A DNA stretch of 64,000 nucleotides from Candidatus Heimdallarchaeota archaeon (lineage in GTDB: Archaea; Asgardarchaeota; Heimdallarchaeia; Heimdallarchaeales; Heimdallarchaeaceae): NCBI GenBank assembly GCA_019057815.1, contig JAHLWR010000019.1, positions 1 to 64,000 on the forward strand. Direction: 5' to 3'. The notes beneath the pieces were generated by a model. The model did no database searches and was not told the origin of the DNA. It saw nothing but the letters and a program-made list of their open reading frames with translations. A program made the position numbers and the translations under genes. Positions 18,929 through 33,900 of this stretch are shown in pieces (positions within the stretch are counted from its first letter, which is position 1; each line of letters begins with the position of its first letter).

Positions 18929-21900
18929 TCAATAAGTTTTTTTGCCAAACATTCCTCCAGCACCCCAGAAATCTACATATTTCATGATACAATGAGCCCA
19001 GTTAGTAGTATCATCATCATAATCATAATCATCTATTTTATAAGGTCCTTTATCCTGTGCATCTTCATACTTGTGTGCTTGTTCATAAGGTTTATCGAAA
19101 TTTTGTGCAGCTATGTCAAATTGTCTGAAAAGTTCAGGGGGGCGTCCATCAAAACATAAAGCTTCAGGAACAAGATAACGTAAATTTTCTACTCTATTAA
19201 AAATTTTCAAACTACTAATTGTTGGGAGAGTGTTCAAGTTTATTTCTACCTTAAAAGTTCCTGCTGTTTCTGTTTCTTTAGGTTTAATTTCTATATATCG
19301 TAAGTATCTGATGCTCCTATCCTGCTTATATTCTAATTTTTTATCTTTAATAAATGAACAATAATCGTCTAATTTTTCTACCATACCGATAAGTGCAATA
19401 GAATCGATAATCTCTCTGTCAGATAAACCTTTCAAAGATATAGCAGGCTTGTTATTATGCGGTTTTTCATGGTCGATATTTATATACATTAACTCTAATG
19501 CTTTTCTAGCAGCGTTTAAAGATTTTCCCCTTACACCATCCAAATCATTAATAAGATTTATTAAAGAGCGGTCTGTATTTTTATATTCTTCAAGATTGGT
19601 TGTAGGCCACCTTATTTCCGAATTATCGACTATCTTTCCACCTAATTTAGTAATAAGAGATTTTAAAGTATCTACATTACACTCAAATTTGTTTAGATTT
19701 ATTATAAAAGCTCTCTTTCCTCGGTCTCCTTTTTCTACGAAGAAAATTTTAATACCCGCACCACTTTCTATTATTGTCACCATCTTGTTTTTTAGTAAAG
19801 GTTTGAGATAGGCATTATTGTTAAAATGGTCGAGAACGCGTTTATATAGTATATCTCTAGCGGTTTTCCCATCTTTGGGTGTAATGTCCTTTTTTATGTT
19901 ATTAACAAAATCAACATTGTTTTTTTTGCTTATCGAATCTCTGAATTTTTGATAAAAGGAGCTGTACATTAAGTATTTAGTATAAGTTTTTGACGCATGT
20001 TCGTGTATAAGATTGACTCTATTAGCTCTGAACCTTGACGCATAAGGTCGATATTTTTGTAACATATCTTTTAAAGAAACACTAGGGTCTTTAATATCTT
20101 TATGTATATAGCGTGTATAAATATCGGTTATCAAAGAGCTTTGGAAGTAATCTATACCGTCAGCAGCGTTTGTACGATAACGCCAAGGATCAGTCTCTTT
20201 ACCTAACAGACCTTCTTTTTTAAGTCTTAAATATGCACCATCGCCACCCATAACAACCTTCCTAGCATTAGTATTTTCTTTGAAGGCATCAGTTAAGAAA
20301 TCCATATGTTTATCATAAAGACTAATAGCATCGTCAAGGTCTAATATAGATGAATCCATAACATTGCAGTGTTTGTAACCAAGATAATAAGGATTGAAAA
20401 TTGTTTCCTCCACTCCTATTTCGGTATCAATGTCAAATTTGAGTGTGGTTTTAGTATAACAGTCGATTTTAGGGGCATTATTAAGATCCTTATAGTACTC
20501 TATTGTATCCGATAGTCTTGCAATCACAGCATCAGATTTACATCTAGGATCAATACCCATGTTTTTTATGAGGAGATTGTAAATAGATTCTATCGTTTTG
20601 CTCTTAGTACCAACATCAGTTTCGCTACTTGTTATATCTTTTTTCAGTTCTTCCATCTTTTTTATAGCTAAACTAATATCCACCCATTCATAAGAGACAG
20701 AAATTTTAGTTATTCCATCCACTGTTTTAGTATCTGTTTTCAAGTAAGGAACATTGTTGGTTGTTAAAAGGGAATAAAGAAAAACTCTCTGATATCTATA
20801 GGATAAGTCATTAGGGTGTTTATCCGTTTTGTAATCACAACCCATAATCCCGCGTTTGAAGAAAAGTTTAATCATACCATCTATTTCATCTCCCTTCATA
20901 TCTCTAAGCGTCAAATAAGCCCCTTTTATAGAGTCTATTTTAACGTGATCGTAACTGAGAGGTGAGATAAGAATAGTTTTAGAAGGAGAAGGATCAACAC
21001 CTTCAGGAGCAGGGAAGTTCCTACCATCCAGATAAACCATTTCGAATAAATGAGGTTTAGTGGGGTCATTTACTGTCTCTGAGGTATATTTTATTATAGA
21101 TGTTGATAAACCGTCAGAGTCTGTTTCAATGTCTATGCCTGTACCCAAGCAGTTTTTACCTGTGTTAATCCCCTCTACCTCATCCTTATTTATGAAAACC
21201 TCTAACAAAGGTCTGGTGTATAACTTGTAATCATCATGAATTCTTTTAATATCCTCAAAGTCGACAATATAGTTACTTCTTACACCATCTTTATTGACCA
21301 CAAAACAAATAGATCTAATAGGTTTATTACCAATCTTAGGTTGAGGTACATTTACCATAAAAGCAGCTTCTATATATGTATTTTCCCCCTCAAGTTCTCC
21401 TTTAAACAGTGAGTTTTTATATGTTAGAAATGTCTTGAGTGTGTCAGTGTTAACTGAAACATGATAAACTTCATCTATATCGATTAAAGTAGTACCATCT
21501 CCATCTTTGTAACCCATATTGTGAAGTTGTCCTCTTCCTGATGCATCGATAACTTCTGCTGAAAAAACATCTTTAAGGAATACGAGGTTAACAGTTAATC
21601 CAGAGATAAGCATAATCTCGAGTTGTAGCTTTAAAGCTAGCCTTTTCGCTGTTTCGAAGTCAGTTTTTAGGCCATTACTTTTCTCGTCTATAGTTCTAGT
21701 AAAAGTATTTAACAAACGCATAAGATTAAGTTCATTAAATTCTCGTTTATAACCAGTTCCTTTTTCATATCGGATGAACTGTTCAATTTGGTCTTTAGTC
21801 ATAATATCTATACTTAGAAGTTTACCCTCACTATCTACAAAATAATTAGGGATGAATTTCCTTTTTATAAGCGTAGCGAGGGTTGACATATCCCGACCAA

Positions 21901-24900
21901 GGCTAGACTGTACGTTTGCTGATGATACAACATTCATACCTTCCCAAAGCCTATTATTCTTGAATTCCCAAGCCCCATGTTTTGTTACCATGTCAAAACC
22001 TTGGATATTAAGAATCAATTGACGGTAGTTAGTGTCATCAATTGATCTAGGGCCTTTAGGTGTTATATAGTCTATATTCATATCTATAGGCCCCCAATCT
22101 TTATCTTTGAAAGTTATACCTTTATCTGCATCATATTCTATTTGGCTCACATCGAATTTGAATATACCATTAGAAGTAGTTATAACACCAACATCATCGA
22201 CAGAATTTCTATCAGGTCCAAAAACAACAGGTAAAATAACTCCACCAGCACCCATCAACGTAAGCTGTTCTTGTAATTCTTCCCAAATTATAGCAGCTTT
22301 CTTTTTAGCACCATTACCATCGGTGGGTTTGGGATCATCTTCAGTATGTGTATTTAAACGTTTTTTAAGTTCATCGTTGGCCCATTTCATAACAAGATAA
22401 ATGTCAAATTTTGTTGCACATTCAACAAGTTCACCAACAGTCTCTTTAGGAACAGCTCTAAAACGTTTTAGAGCATCTTTGCTTACAAGTCTATCATCCA
22501 TTAAATCTTGGAAAGTTTTAAGATGTTGAATAAAAGCAGGATATTTAGTGACTGGATTACCATTCTCATCTATAGTGATTATACCTTCGGACTCTATTAT
22601 TTTCTTAGCAACAATATCAAGTTCTTTTAGAACATTCTCACCGAGAATGTTCTTAGGACTAATATTCTTATCAAGAGCCATTAAAGCGAGTATTAGAGAT
22701 GTTTGTAAGGTATTCACTTGTGAAGAGGTTCTACCTGGAACAGCATAATTGAAGAAACCATTTTTAAAACTGTCAATAGCTTTCATTTTAGCATCTATAG
22801 AGGTAACAGTAGATCCCGTGTAACGGGTATGCATTCTATCGATATGATCATTACTAATAAATGAAAAACCATATGTTAATCTAGCAATATTAAGATTGGT
22901 ATCAACACCTGTTTTTCCTGTAACGGTAGAATCAGGGGGGATAGTGTCTGTGTCTGTAAGAGAGTTTTTAACCATAACCTCACTAGATGTTACTTCATTC
23001 ATCTGCGAAAAGAAGGTTGACGGAGTGAGTATCTTAATGAAATTATCTAAACGCCCGTCTTTTTCTAGAGTAACGATTTTAGATAAACTTGTAGCGAAAA
23101 CCTCGAAAAGAGCAAAAATTGAACCTAATCGTTGTTTTTTAATTAACATCTCAAGAGATAGAATACTTGCAAGAAAGTCTGGTAGACGAGCAAAAGCTCT
23201 ATTAGATTTGATAAGAGCTTTTCCGAAAGATTTCATAAACAACTTCATTGAACCTTGGAAAGCACCCCAAGGAAGGAAAACAGTATATTCAAGATAACTC
23301 CAAGCTTGACGAAGAGACGTGTGTATATTAATTATACTCTTTTGTTTAGTAGCAAATTCAATCATTGATAGTTGGTGACCCAAAACATCATCGACTAGCT
23401 TTGCATTCCTTGAGGAGGCTTTTATGCTATTGCGAAGAAGGCTTACACGAGTGAAAATATCTACAATGTCCATAGGTATTTGGATACGTGACAATGCACG
23501 GAAGAAACTGTTTTGAACAATGATTGAATCTCGAACATCTTCATAAAGAGCTATGACTGGGAAAATGTTGCCTATCATTTCAATAGTGGTGAGAAATTCC
23601 AGTTCAGTGATACCAAATTGGATGTAAATTTGGTCTATAGAAAGTTTATAATGTTTATCGAGACTAATAAGCCACTTATAGGAATCTCCATCAGCTGTAC
23701 TTGTACCATCCCAAACAGCTATAACAAGGTAGTGATCGTCAAAACCAAGAGGTTGGATATTAGACGCCATCATTTCCTTAGTGTAAACACCTATGCTATA
23801 AGGACCATATTTGAGGAACTTACTCTTAAACCAGAGGAAGATGTTAGAGTCTCTTTCACACATGTTATAAGCTTCAGGTTGGTAATTAGGAGAAGTAACC
23901 CAATCACGCATGTTAGCCAGATCGGAATCGGTAGAATTAACAACAGCATCAGCGTATGCACTATCAGCAAAAGGCAATTTAGAATTTACATTGCTTATGG
24001 TTTTTGTGGAAAGGTGGTTAAGATAAGCGTCCCAAAGATAATCAAATTCCAAAATACTATGAGTACGGGTACATTTGTCTTTATCTAATACAGTATAAGA
24101 TTCACTTGCCTCACCAGTATAGTATGAAAGGGGTATGCCTGCTCCTTCACTGTTACCTAAAATAAGAGCCCAAAAGAACATAAAAGCGCTGTGGAATTTA
24201 ACATAAGCATAATCAGTACGTTGTTGAAGCATTTCTCCTTTATCACCACCAGTAGCACCGAGACTAAAACCTGTCATCATCCTCCAGAAGAATTTGATAA
24301 CATTCCAAGCGATACGCAAAGCTTTACTGACAAAACTCCAGATTTTATACCAAGTGCTATGAGTAGGTGAGTCCTTGAAAGGATCATAAGAACCTTGAAT
24401 AAGGTCAAAAATACCTTCCATCCAGTCGGTAAACCGGTCTTCCATACCCTTGAGATTGAAAACATCACGTAGAACACGGACATCGATATAATTTAATCCT
24501 GAAACATCTACATCTAAAAGCTTAACTTGGTCTTGGGTATTATAGTCAGCTAAATTAAGACATTGCCACTTAATTTTACCATCCTCCATATAATAACTAG
24601 AGTAATCGACAGCGTCTCCGACATCTAATTGTTCTTCTTGATTGAAACATTGGATAATAAGCTTTTCAAACCATTCAGCGAAAGAAGATTTAGTAGGATC
24701 AAAATAATCTGCGTCTTCATAAGTTCCAGAGAGAGATAAAGGAATCTCATAAGGTAGATCTATTTTAGATTGAATTGCTTGAATAGTTGCAGGGTTATCA
24801 AAAACGCCGACGTAAGTACCAGAATAATCAGGATTGTCAAGATTGTTAGAATAAATAGTGAAAGAGCCAGAGGAAGTTATATATGTTTTCTTGTATTTAT

Positions 24901-27900
24901 CAGCATCAGCTTTAGGAATAACTTCAATATATCTGTTATGAAGTGTCCAGATAAAATCATTATCATTAGCAGTTATAATAATCTCAGTGTTTATACCAAC
25001 TGTACGAATGATCTCTGTTTCAACATCAGTAGTAGCATTAGTAAACGTGAAGTAATGTGTAGTGGAATCTGTTTCGCTATCAAGGTTTAGTAAGTCAATA
25101 TATTGGTTTGAATATTCATTGAAACTAAGATATCTTGTTATCTCAGGGTCACTTTGATGAATGTCATCACCAACATAATCTCCTTCCATAAGAGTGTAAC
25201 CATCAATATTATATCCTTCAGCAGTAAAGTTTCCATGTATAGCTGGATCATAAATAAAATTGGCTCTAGATTGACCTAAACCATCTAGTATAATCTCTGT
25301 ATCACCAACTAAATAACAAGCGGTATTAGTTGAAGAGCTGGAAGTAAGGGAAAGAGCACCCAATTCAGAATTAATTTGAGATATTTCTTCCTCTGATAGA
25401 ATAGGTGCTGCCGGAGCAGTAAGCATTTCATAACTACCATTAACGTCAGGTACAGTTCTAAACCACCATCTACCTGCAGTGATAGAATAAGTATTCATAT
25501 AGTTATTATTAAAACCTTCATCAATCTTAATGGCAAAGTTCATGTTAAAGAGTACATAACTGGCAAGAGGTACACCTGTTCCTCCGTCATATATTTGAGG
25601 AATACCTAAATTATCTTCATCTTCTTCGTCAAGTCTATAATAACTTTCAACCTCAAGTTGAGTTTCAAAATCACTGGCACCTAAGAAGTAAATACGGTAA
25701 GTATGGAAACCACCAAGGTCATCCCTGAAGAACCCACCTGCAAGGACATGTTCATTATCAATAATACTTGTTCCACCAGCAACCTCGTCAAAAGGCTTAC
25801 TTTCGTACATTAACGTATCTAATCTGGAAAGAACAACGTTATAATTAACTCTAATAGGTGAAGGTTCGAGAATTTCAAAAACCTTATCCATTCGATTCTT
25901 AAGTCTAATACTGATATTAAGAGGTTGAGAAGTGTCTGTGATTTGAACTAACATTAATATTCGATGGAAACCCTTAGAATCGATGCCAAGTTTATACTCG
26001 TAATACGTTTCTAAATCTTGATCTCCAGTTAAATCATCGTAAGGATTGTTACGAACAACGTAATCACCCTCCATCCAATTCATAGGTCCTGGATCAAGAC
26101 GTGGACGTATTAAATCAATTCCTAATCTTCCTCTATAGTCATCGTAGCCTTGGGTGTAAACAGAAGGAATAGCATAGCGATTTAATAAGGGGATGGTTAA
26201 AGTGTTAGAACTAGTATCTACTTCATTGAAAATAGAATCCTCATTTTGTATCAATTGGTAACCATCGATAGAAAAGAGTTTGATATCAAACCCAAAGTTA
26301 TTGTCTAATCCTTTTTGTATAATAAGTTCAGCGTCTTCGAGATCTTGAGCGTAATAGAGATTAGTGTAAAGAATAATGTAATCTTCAGCACTAGGTATAA
26401 ATTTTATATCAGATCCAAAGTCAATATAGAAAGTATCTTCGTCATTTTCTAATTGATTAAATTCAAGGTTGCCATAGGGTGTTTTGAGTCTGTCTCCTTT
26501 TTTAGGACAGATATCATTGATTAAACCTATCAATCCTTCAGTATTATGCAAAACTTCAGAACCAAAAGGTTGGGTATAAAGCCATTGAGTAATGTACTCG
26601 TTTTGCTGGAAAACACTTCCACCAATAGAAATATCCCCAAAAGCAATATACGAAATATGCATCAAATGGTTAGGATTATCACTAGGTCTAACAATTTTGA
26701 ACAAGATAGGAGAAGTACCTCCATGAACGTTGATAGGGATAAAAGCGTTATTACGCTTGAAATCGCTTTTAGTATAAATAGCTATACCAGACTGATAAAT
26801 TGTGAAAGGTAAGTCACTGTCAATTTCAATAAAAATTGTTTCAGCAGCGAAAGAATCAGCATAAATCATGAAGTAGTAATTATCAACGGTATTAGGTTCA
26901 ATAGCACGTTCAAAAATCGTATCGATGTCAATAACACCAGTTTCACCTAGTTCTTTAATTTTCCATAGAGCAGAAGTTTGTTCCCCTTCAGAAGAATCAA
27001 TAGTGATCTTACTTTCACTTGAGGGAAATTCGCCTATGGTTGATCTTTCGAGAGAGTATTTGAAATCTGCAAATAGTAAAGATTCAACCATCTCTTTAAG
27101 TGTCTGGATATTTGGCATAATCTTAATTACATCAAAATTAAATGTTCTTGTAGGATATTTCAAGCTTAGATTATCAATCGTTGAAGTTTCTCCATCATAA
27201 GCAGGTATATGTGCTAAAGCTTGATATAAATCTATTTCAAAATACTGCCATTTCTCTTTATCTTCTAAGAGAGTAAGGGGGAAAGATGCAGTTATATATA
27301 TGTGATTATCCACATCAACAGTATAAGTAGCCGAACCTTCATACCAGATACTCTTTTCTCCAAAAGTAAACTCGAGCTCTATGTGTTGATTTCCTCTACA
27401 GAGTATTTCTTCAATAACTATTTTTCCTTTACCTTTAACGAATCCAGAAAGGGTTAAACCTTCTTTAACGTCTATAGTATCTAAAATATATTCAATTACA
27501 CCACTATCTTGTACGAAAACAGGATTAATAATAGCATTATTTTCCGTTACTTCTGAATAATCCCCTGAATCTGGATCTATTGTAGAAATGATATCTTTCC
27601 ATTCCCTCTGTTCTTCAAGATTGTAAGTTTCAGCGGTATACAATATATCAGTTACGGACTCTCTAGTAGCGAGCGAGAAACCATAGACAGAAGTAAGACC
27701 TTGTGAAATAAATCGCAATTTAAGGATGTTATTAGGTGAGTTTCCAATAACGTTTAGGTTGATAGGATAGCGATGGTACTCAAGATTGGGGAAAGGAGAA
27801 GATTGTGTCCATGTATCTCTTAAAATGTAATTGTCATTAATTATTATTGTAATGTTACTTAAACCATCTTGAATCGAGCAACCAATAATAGTCAAATAAA

Positions 27901-30900
27901 GATTAGTTGTGTAAGCATTGATAGATATTTTCCAATAGCCACCTTTAACAGTTATTTCCCAATTATCCTCAAAATCCTTCTGAGTGCTGAAATATTCGAT
28001 ATAGTTGAAAACTTGGATGTTATCGTAATGGACGCTACCTATGGAATTGGATAAAGTAAAACGATATTCACCTGAACCAACAACCACAGAGGTATTGAAA
28101 CTATATTCATCTTCATTAATAACTAGAATGAAATCTCCTTCTCTGATAGTAACATTGTTTTCGTCAATAATATCAACAATTGGTGAATAATAATAGTTTA
28201 AAGAAATATGGTTCCATTCATGTTCTTTGATAATATCACCACTAGTGATTTGAAGTAAAAGATCACTGTTGTTGCCGAAAAGAACACCATTGTGAGTGAT
28301 TTTAATGTAGCCGACAGTTATCCATTCATTGATAGTGTCGTTATAATATTCATTAGTGATAATTGTTTCAAAGTCGGTTGAGGGCATAAAGTCCATGCTC
28401 CATTCAGGACCGGATGAACCATCTTCAGTAGAATAAACAAAATTTACACTACCAGTGCAGTTAAGCATTTGATTTGTATTATATCTAAGATAATAATCAC
28501 CTAATTCTCCTTGACCATTCATTGAAGGAAGTTGAGTGAGAATCTCATCATCTTCATAGTGGAAGGTGTTAGAGAATATACTATGAACGAATAATAAACT
28601 TCCACCCACGCTTATGTAAGGCTTAATTCCTGTAGTATCAAGGTTGTTGGTAGTAGTATCAATTCTAACTTCAATATAATTATCTAAATCGATAATCTCA
28701 TCCCATTTCCATATCCAGAAACGCATAATGTGAGTAGTTTCATCATATTGAAGCCTTACAAAGAAGTTCTTATATGTAGATAAATGTGATATAACTTCAA
28801 GGTTATAATATGTATGGTCTTCGTCTACTTCCCCTACAGCGACAGAATCACTACTCCGCCACTCGTTATAAAAGGAACTATAACCGAATTTCATACCAGT
28901 ATAGTAGTAATTCGAATAGGGGTCGACTTTAGCTAATCCTATCTCGATACTGTTATCTAAATCTTCTATGTTCATAGCGAACATATCCAAATCAAATGTT
29001 ATATCTATGTTACCTGAAAGCTTATCTACAAATCTGAATTTACTATTGGGGTACATTATCAACGAATCAGAATAACCTGTCCCCATGCCCGTTGTACCAC
29101 TCCAAGAGTAATCTCCTTCAAGTTCTTGTATTTCTTCTTCATCAAAAGAATCAGTTATAGGAATGTAATCTATATAGGTAAATTGATCATTACCAAAGCC
29201 AACAGTAAAACCAAAACTTCCATCGTTATAGATATTGTTTAACCTATATTCTTCCGAATCAGTGAAATATGCACTATTTTCAAATGCAACTTTATGGTCA
29301 CCATGTAAAGGTATATAGTTTGGGTGTACGTATTCAAAACCGTATTTATCATTTGTGCCTTCTATGATATACTCTGTATGAACGTTTGCGTTTTCCATAA
29401 TATCTTTAGTAAAGGGAACGTTCTGCATCGAACCGTAATACTGATTGTAATAATACCAGTTTAAACCTTCATTATATCTAGGACTATCACAGTAAATGTT
29501 GATAAGATATTCATGGACTGTATCTCTTGAAATTAATATCTCAAAATTAATTATTATTTCTTCACTTGCTGGAAAAGCACCTAGTAAAGCATTACCAATG
29601 TAAACATATGTGATATCTTGATGTTCAAGTCTATGTTCATTATTACGATTGTTTATGTCATTAGTGTCATATTTTATTGTCCATTCACGATCTTCATTAT
29701 GACCATAATGTAGAATTTTTATTCTTAGAATCTCAGGTTCGTTTTCCCCTGGAAGTATTAAAGCACCAGATGTAAATAAGACGTCTGTTGGTAAGTCATT
29801 TGAAGACCATTTGTCAATCTTAAATTCAGCTTTTAAGAGGAATTTATCTGCTATTGGCCCATCGTAATTAACGATTCTGTGAGGAAGATCGTCATTAAGA
29901 AGGATATAATCAACCGCTTGACCATCAGGCTCACCTTTCAATTCACCTAAATAACCATGACCACCAAAGGACATCCATTCGTTGTAGTGGTGCATATAAT
30001 AATTATAATAGTGTCCATAGTAACCACAAGATAAATAGAAACTATTCTGTTCCCAGAAATCTTTTGTGTCACTATCATAAAGCCATTGTATGCCTTTAGG
30101 TCCAGAATCAATAGAATATGGGCTTGTAAAGTCATATGGACTTTTATCAAGAATTGACCAGTCTCCACCAATAGCATTTGAACCATCAAGCGACAGATAA
30201 GAACTAGGTGTGTGAGTGAAGAAAGTTAAATATAAACTGTCAATAGTAGACGCATATCCCCAATCTTGATTATTAATGTAAATATTTTTAGTTGATTGAA
30301 AAGAGACTTTGTTTAATTCTGGTAGAGTACTGTTTGTTAATTTTTTGTGAATATAATTATGGACTTCAGTAAGTGTATGATCACCAAATAATTGGTTCCA
30401 TCCATTGGTTTCGGTTTCTAAGGTGAGTCTACCACAACCATATACTAAATCTAAGTAATATTCTGAAATATTCAAATTAGCGTTAAGAATAGGTTCAATC
30501 CTTGTTCCAATAGGAAGATTGAGGTAATCTGCTGATGAAAAACTATCTTTATACATTTGTGTAAGTGTAGGAGTATTTATCTCAAACTCACTATATTCCA
30601 ATAAAGATAATTCTTCTCCATTATAGTTAGGAAAGAGTTTTCGGTTAACTGTCCAATCCATATCATAAGAAATGGGAGCAGCTCCAAGGGCGAGAAAAGT
30701 TTGAGTAAACAGAGGATATTTATTAAGATAATTGATAAGTGAAAGATCATCGTCATCTACAAAAGGATTTGTTAAGTAATTTTTATCCTCTTTTGTCCCA
30801 CCTAGTAAAATGTCGTCACCAAATGAAACAGTAAATCCCTCAAAACTACCACAAGTGCTAGGATAATTAAAATGCTGTTTTTCCTCAAAATCGTATAATA

Positions 30901-33900
30901 ATGAATAAGCTACATTGTGCCTATAATCGTCATCATCAATCATTGGGTTACCATAATAGGGTCTACCGTAATTTATTGTTATTATGTAATCATTATCATA
31001 ATAGATGTAACTAGTGTCGAAGGGTAAAGCAGAATAGGTGACATTATCAATAACGTTTGGAGACCATGTATCTTCGATAGACCAAATTATTTTACAATCA
31101 GGAATAGAATCTTCAAAAGGTCCATCGTCCTCTGTGATTTTGAAGAGTTGACCTTTAAGTTTTATATTATAATTTTCATTAACTGTATCTCCATAGATAT
31201 AATCATGTATATTATTTCCCATGTCATAATACTCATAATAACCTTGAGAAAGTTTCTTTCTAAGTGTATCAACAAAATCCAATTCTATCAGAACTTCTCC
31301 GTCTCGAGCATCATTATCAAGATTAGAAATACTAAAACTTAATTCCAATATAGTTGCTGCTGGTGACAGATAATTTGGAAGAAGTGGAACCCTAGAAGTA
31401 TAATCTTGTTTGTATGATTCAAGTATTTGATCTTTGTTATATTTCCAAGGTTGATTTGTATTAGAAATGAATAAAGGTGCTAATCCATCTCGTTCTTGTA
31501 AGAACCAAGATAAATCTTCAAGGGATAAATCATAATCATCGTTATTTAGAAAATCTACCAATTTATCATCTGAAGTATATGGGTTGTGAATATTAGGGTT
31601 ATCTAATCTTTCTATATAAAAAGGACTAAAATCTGTGAGTAAAATATTAGAAATATATGGTGCGTAATCTTTGTTATTATAATCATCAAATGTTTCAACG
31701 TTCTTGATTCTGTATACATGAATGTTTTTGAAAATAACAGGGTGAGAACATTGGTAACTATCGAAAATTATCTTGACGAGTTTTAAAGAACTATCTTCTA
31801 CTCTTCCATCACCATCAGGATCTTCTCCAATGATGTTTGCAAGTATGAAACTTTTAGTTAAACTATTATCGTGAATGTTATTAGGATTGATGGTAAATTC
31901 ATATTGATTACCCTCATTATCTTCAAATGTCACTTTTGTTGCATTAAGTGGGTTAGTGGAGTAAATTTCAAAATAAATATAGGGAAAATGACTATGATCG
32001 ATAGGAATGTTGAGATCCTCAAGAGTAACTGAACCAATAAAAGCAGCGAGATTGCCTTCAATTGGGGTAATAATAGCATTTGAAACGTCATCCCAATCCG
32101 TTAGTTGCTGGAATACACCGTCAACTAGAATATTTTCAACTAAAGGTTTGTGAAGAGTGTAATAAGCGTCTTCCTCCCAAACATCAAATTGAGTAGTCGA
32201 TTTAGCTTCATTAGTATTGAAATCTAATTGCCAAACATTTTCGAGATTGTGGTCGGTATAATCAGTATGAGCTATCGCACTACTAGTAATGGGACGAGTG
32301 AGAATGTAATGGATAGTAACATTTTCATAAGCATCATGTGGATGTTGAAGCACTATTTCATAGTCCCCATAACTGAAATCTAGAAAAATTACGTGTCCAA
32401 AGACCTTTTCTTCATTTTCAGTCCAAGTAATAGTTCCTTGGAAAGAGTAAGGCTCAGCACTAAACAGTTTTCTTGTATAGACATCGATTGATATTCTAGG
32501 TAGAATGTTGTCTACAAGTACTCCCACTTCAAATAGACATGGTTCTCGAATATTAATATCGTAAGATGCAATAAAATTATCAGGAGTATTAGTCTCATAA
32601 GAGTAAGACAATGTATCCTCTACCATCTCACTCGTTACTCCCTTGTCGAAATAGTTGATAGGATTGATTTTAGTATTAAAAGGGTTAATACCCAAAACAA
32701 GCATTGGTCCAAGATATACAGGACTCTGTAAAGGACGAGGATCATTGTTAATGATACTAATCTGTAAATATTCCAACCTTCTCAAATCTGGAGTTTTAAA
32801 GTGTAAGTAAGAATCTTTATTGGCTAGAACGTCTTTAACACCTAAAGATTCTACTGTTGCAATACCAAAAAGGTCAAAAACTGTATGAGTTACTTCAACC
32901 TTGATGTTTTGTTGAGATTTAATCAACATGATAAAACGAGATGAATCTCTTCTAACAGGCCCAGAGACACTAATCGATTTAAATTCAATAATTTGGGCTT
33001 TAGAGTTTGTAGAGCATTTTGAGAAGAATCCCATATTTCCTCCAATGGCCATTCCACCTAAAGAAGGAGTATAATAGTATTCCTCACCATTTAGAGTTAT
33101 TAAATATGCGTTATAACCAAAGGTTGTTTCAACACTGATGGTATTATCTTTCAGAAGATTATAATCAGAATTGAGAAATATTATTTCATCTATAGCGTCA
33201 TTTACATAGATGAAAATAGCAGGTTTATCATTGGTTCTACCTATTCCAACCTTGATATTCCTGTAACCACTTATCGATATACCTGCAATAATATCGTAAG
33301 AAGATAAATTGAAAACAAGTGATGTGTAGAAATCACCAACATTGACATCTTTTCGCACAGCTTCGCAACTTTCACTTACCGAAATACCGGAAAGTTCTAA
33401 ATCTTCGAAAATAGCTACATCTTCAGTAGTATAGTTATTCTGAATAAGTTCTGTAGTTAAGTAATCTGCGTATCGAAGTTGATCGTTTTCAATAAAGTAA
33501 GTAGCAAGATAACCTTCTCTATCTGTAGCTAGAGCGGGATAATATTCCCCAAAGAACGTTGTAATGTCATAATATGCGTGATTGTTAGAATGGATAAATT
33601 CCCAAGGAGAAAATTCCTCGCTAACAGGATCAGAATAACCGTTAGTGAAAATGTTTGCTTGATAAATAACAATGTCTACACCGTCAGTACAGTCTAGACG
33701 AGTATCGGGCGAACTAAAAGAGAACTCAAATTTGAGTCTTTGACCACAATAATCTGTGAGTGAAAAAGTGTTGAAAGCAGGATAATTCCAGCTTTCGTAA
33801 ATAGTGTAAGAACTTAATATTTCTCCATATTGTTGTTCAGGGTCATCAAGATTGAAGATTTTAATTGTATATGTATAATTATATGTTTCATATTCATAAC

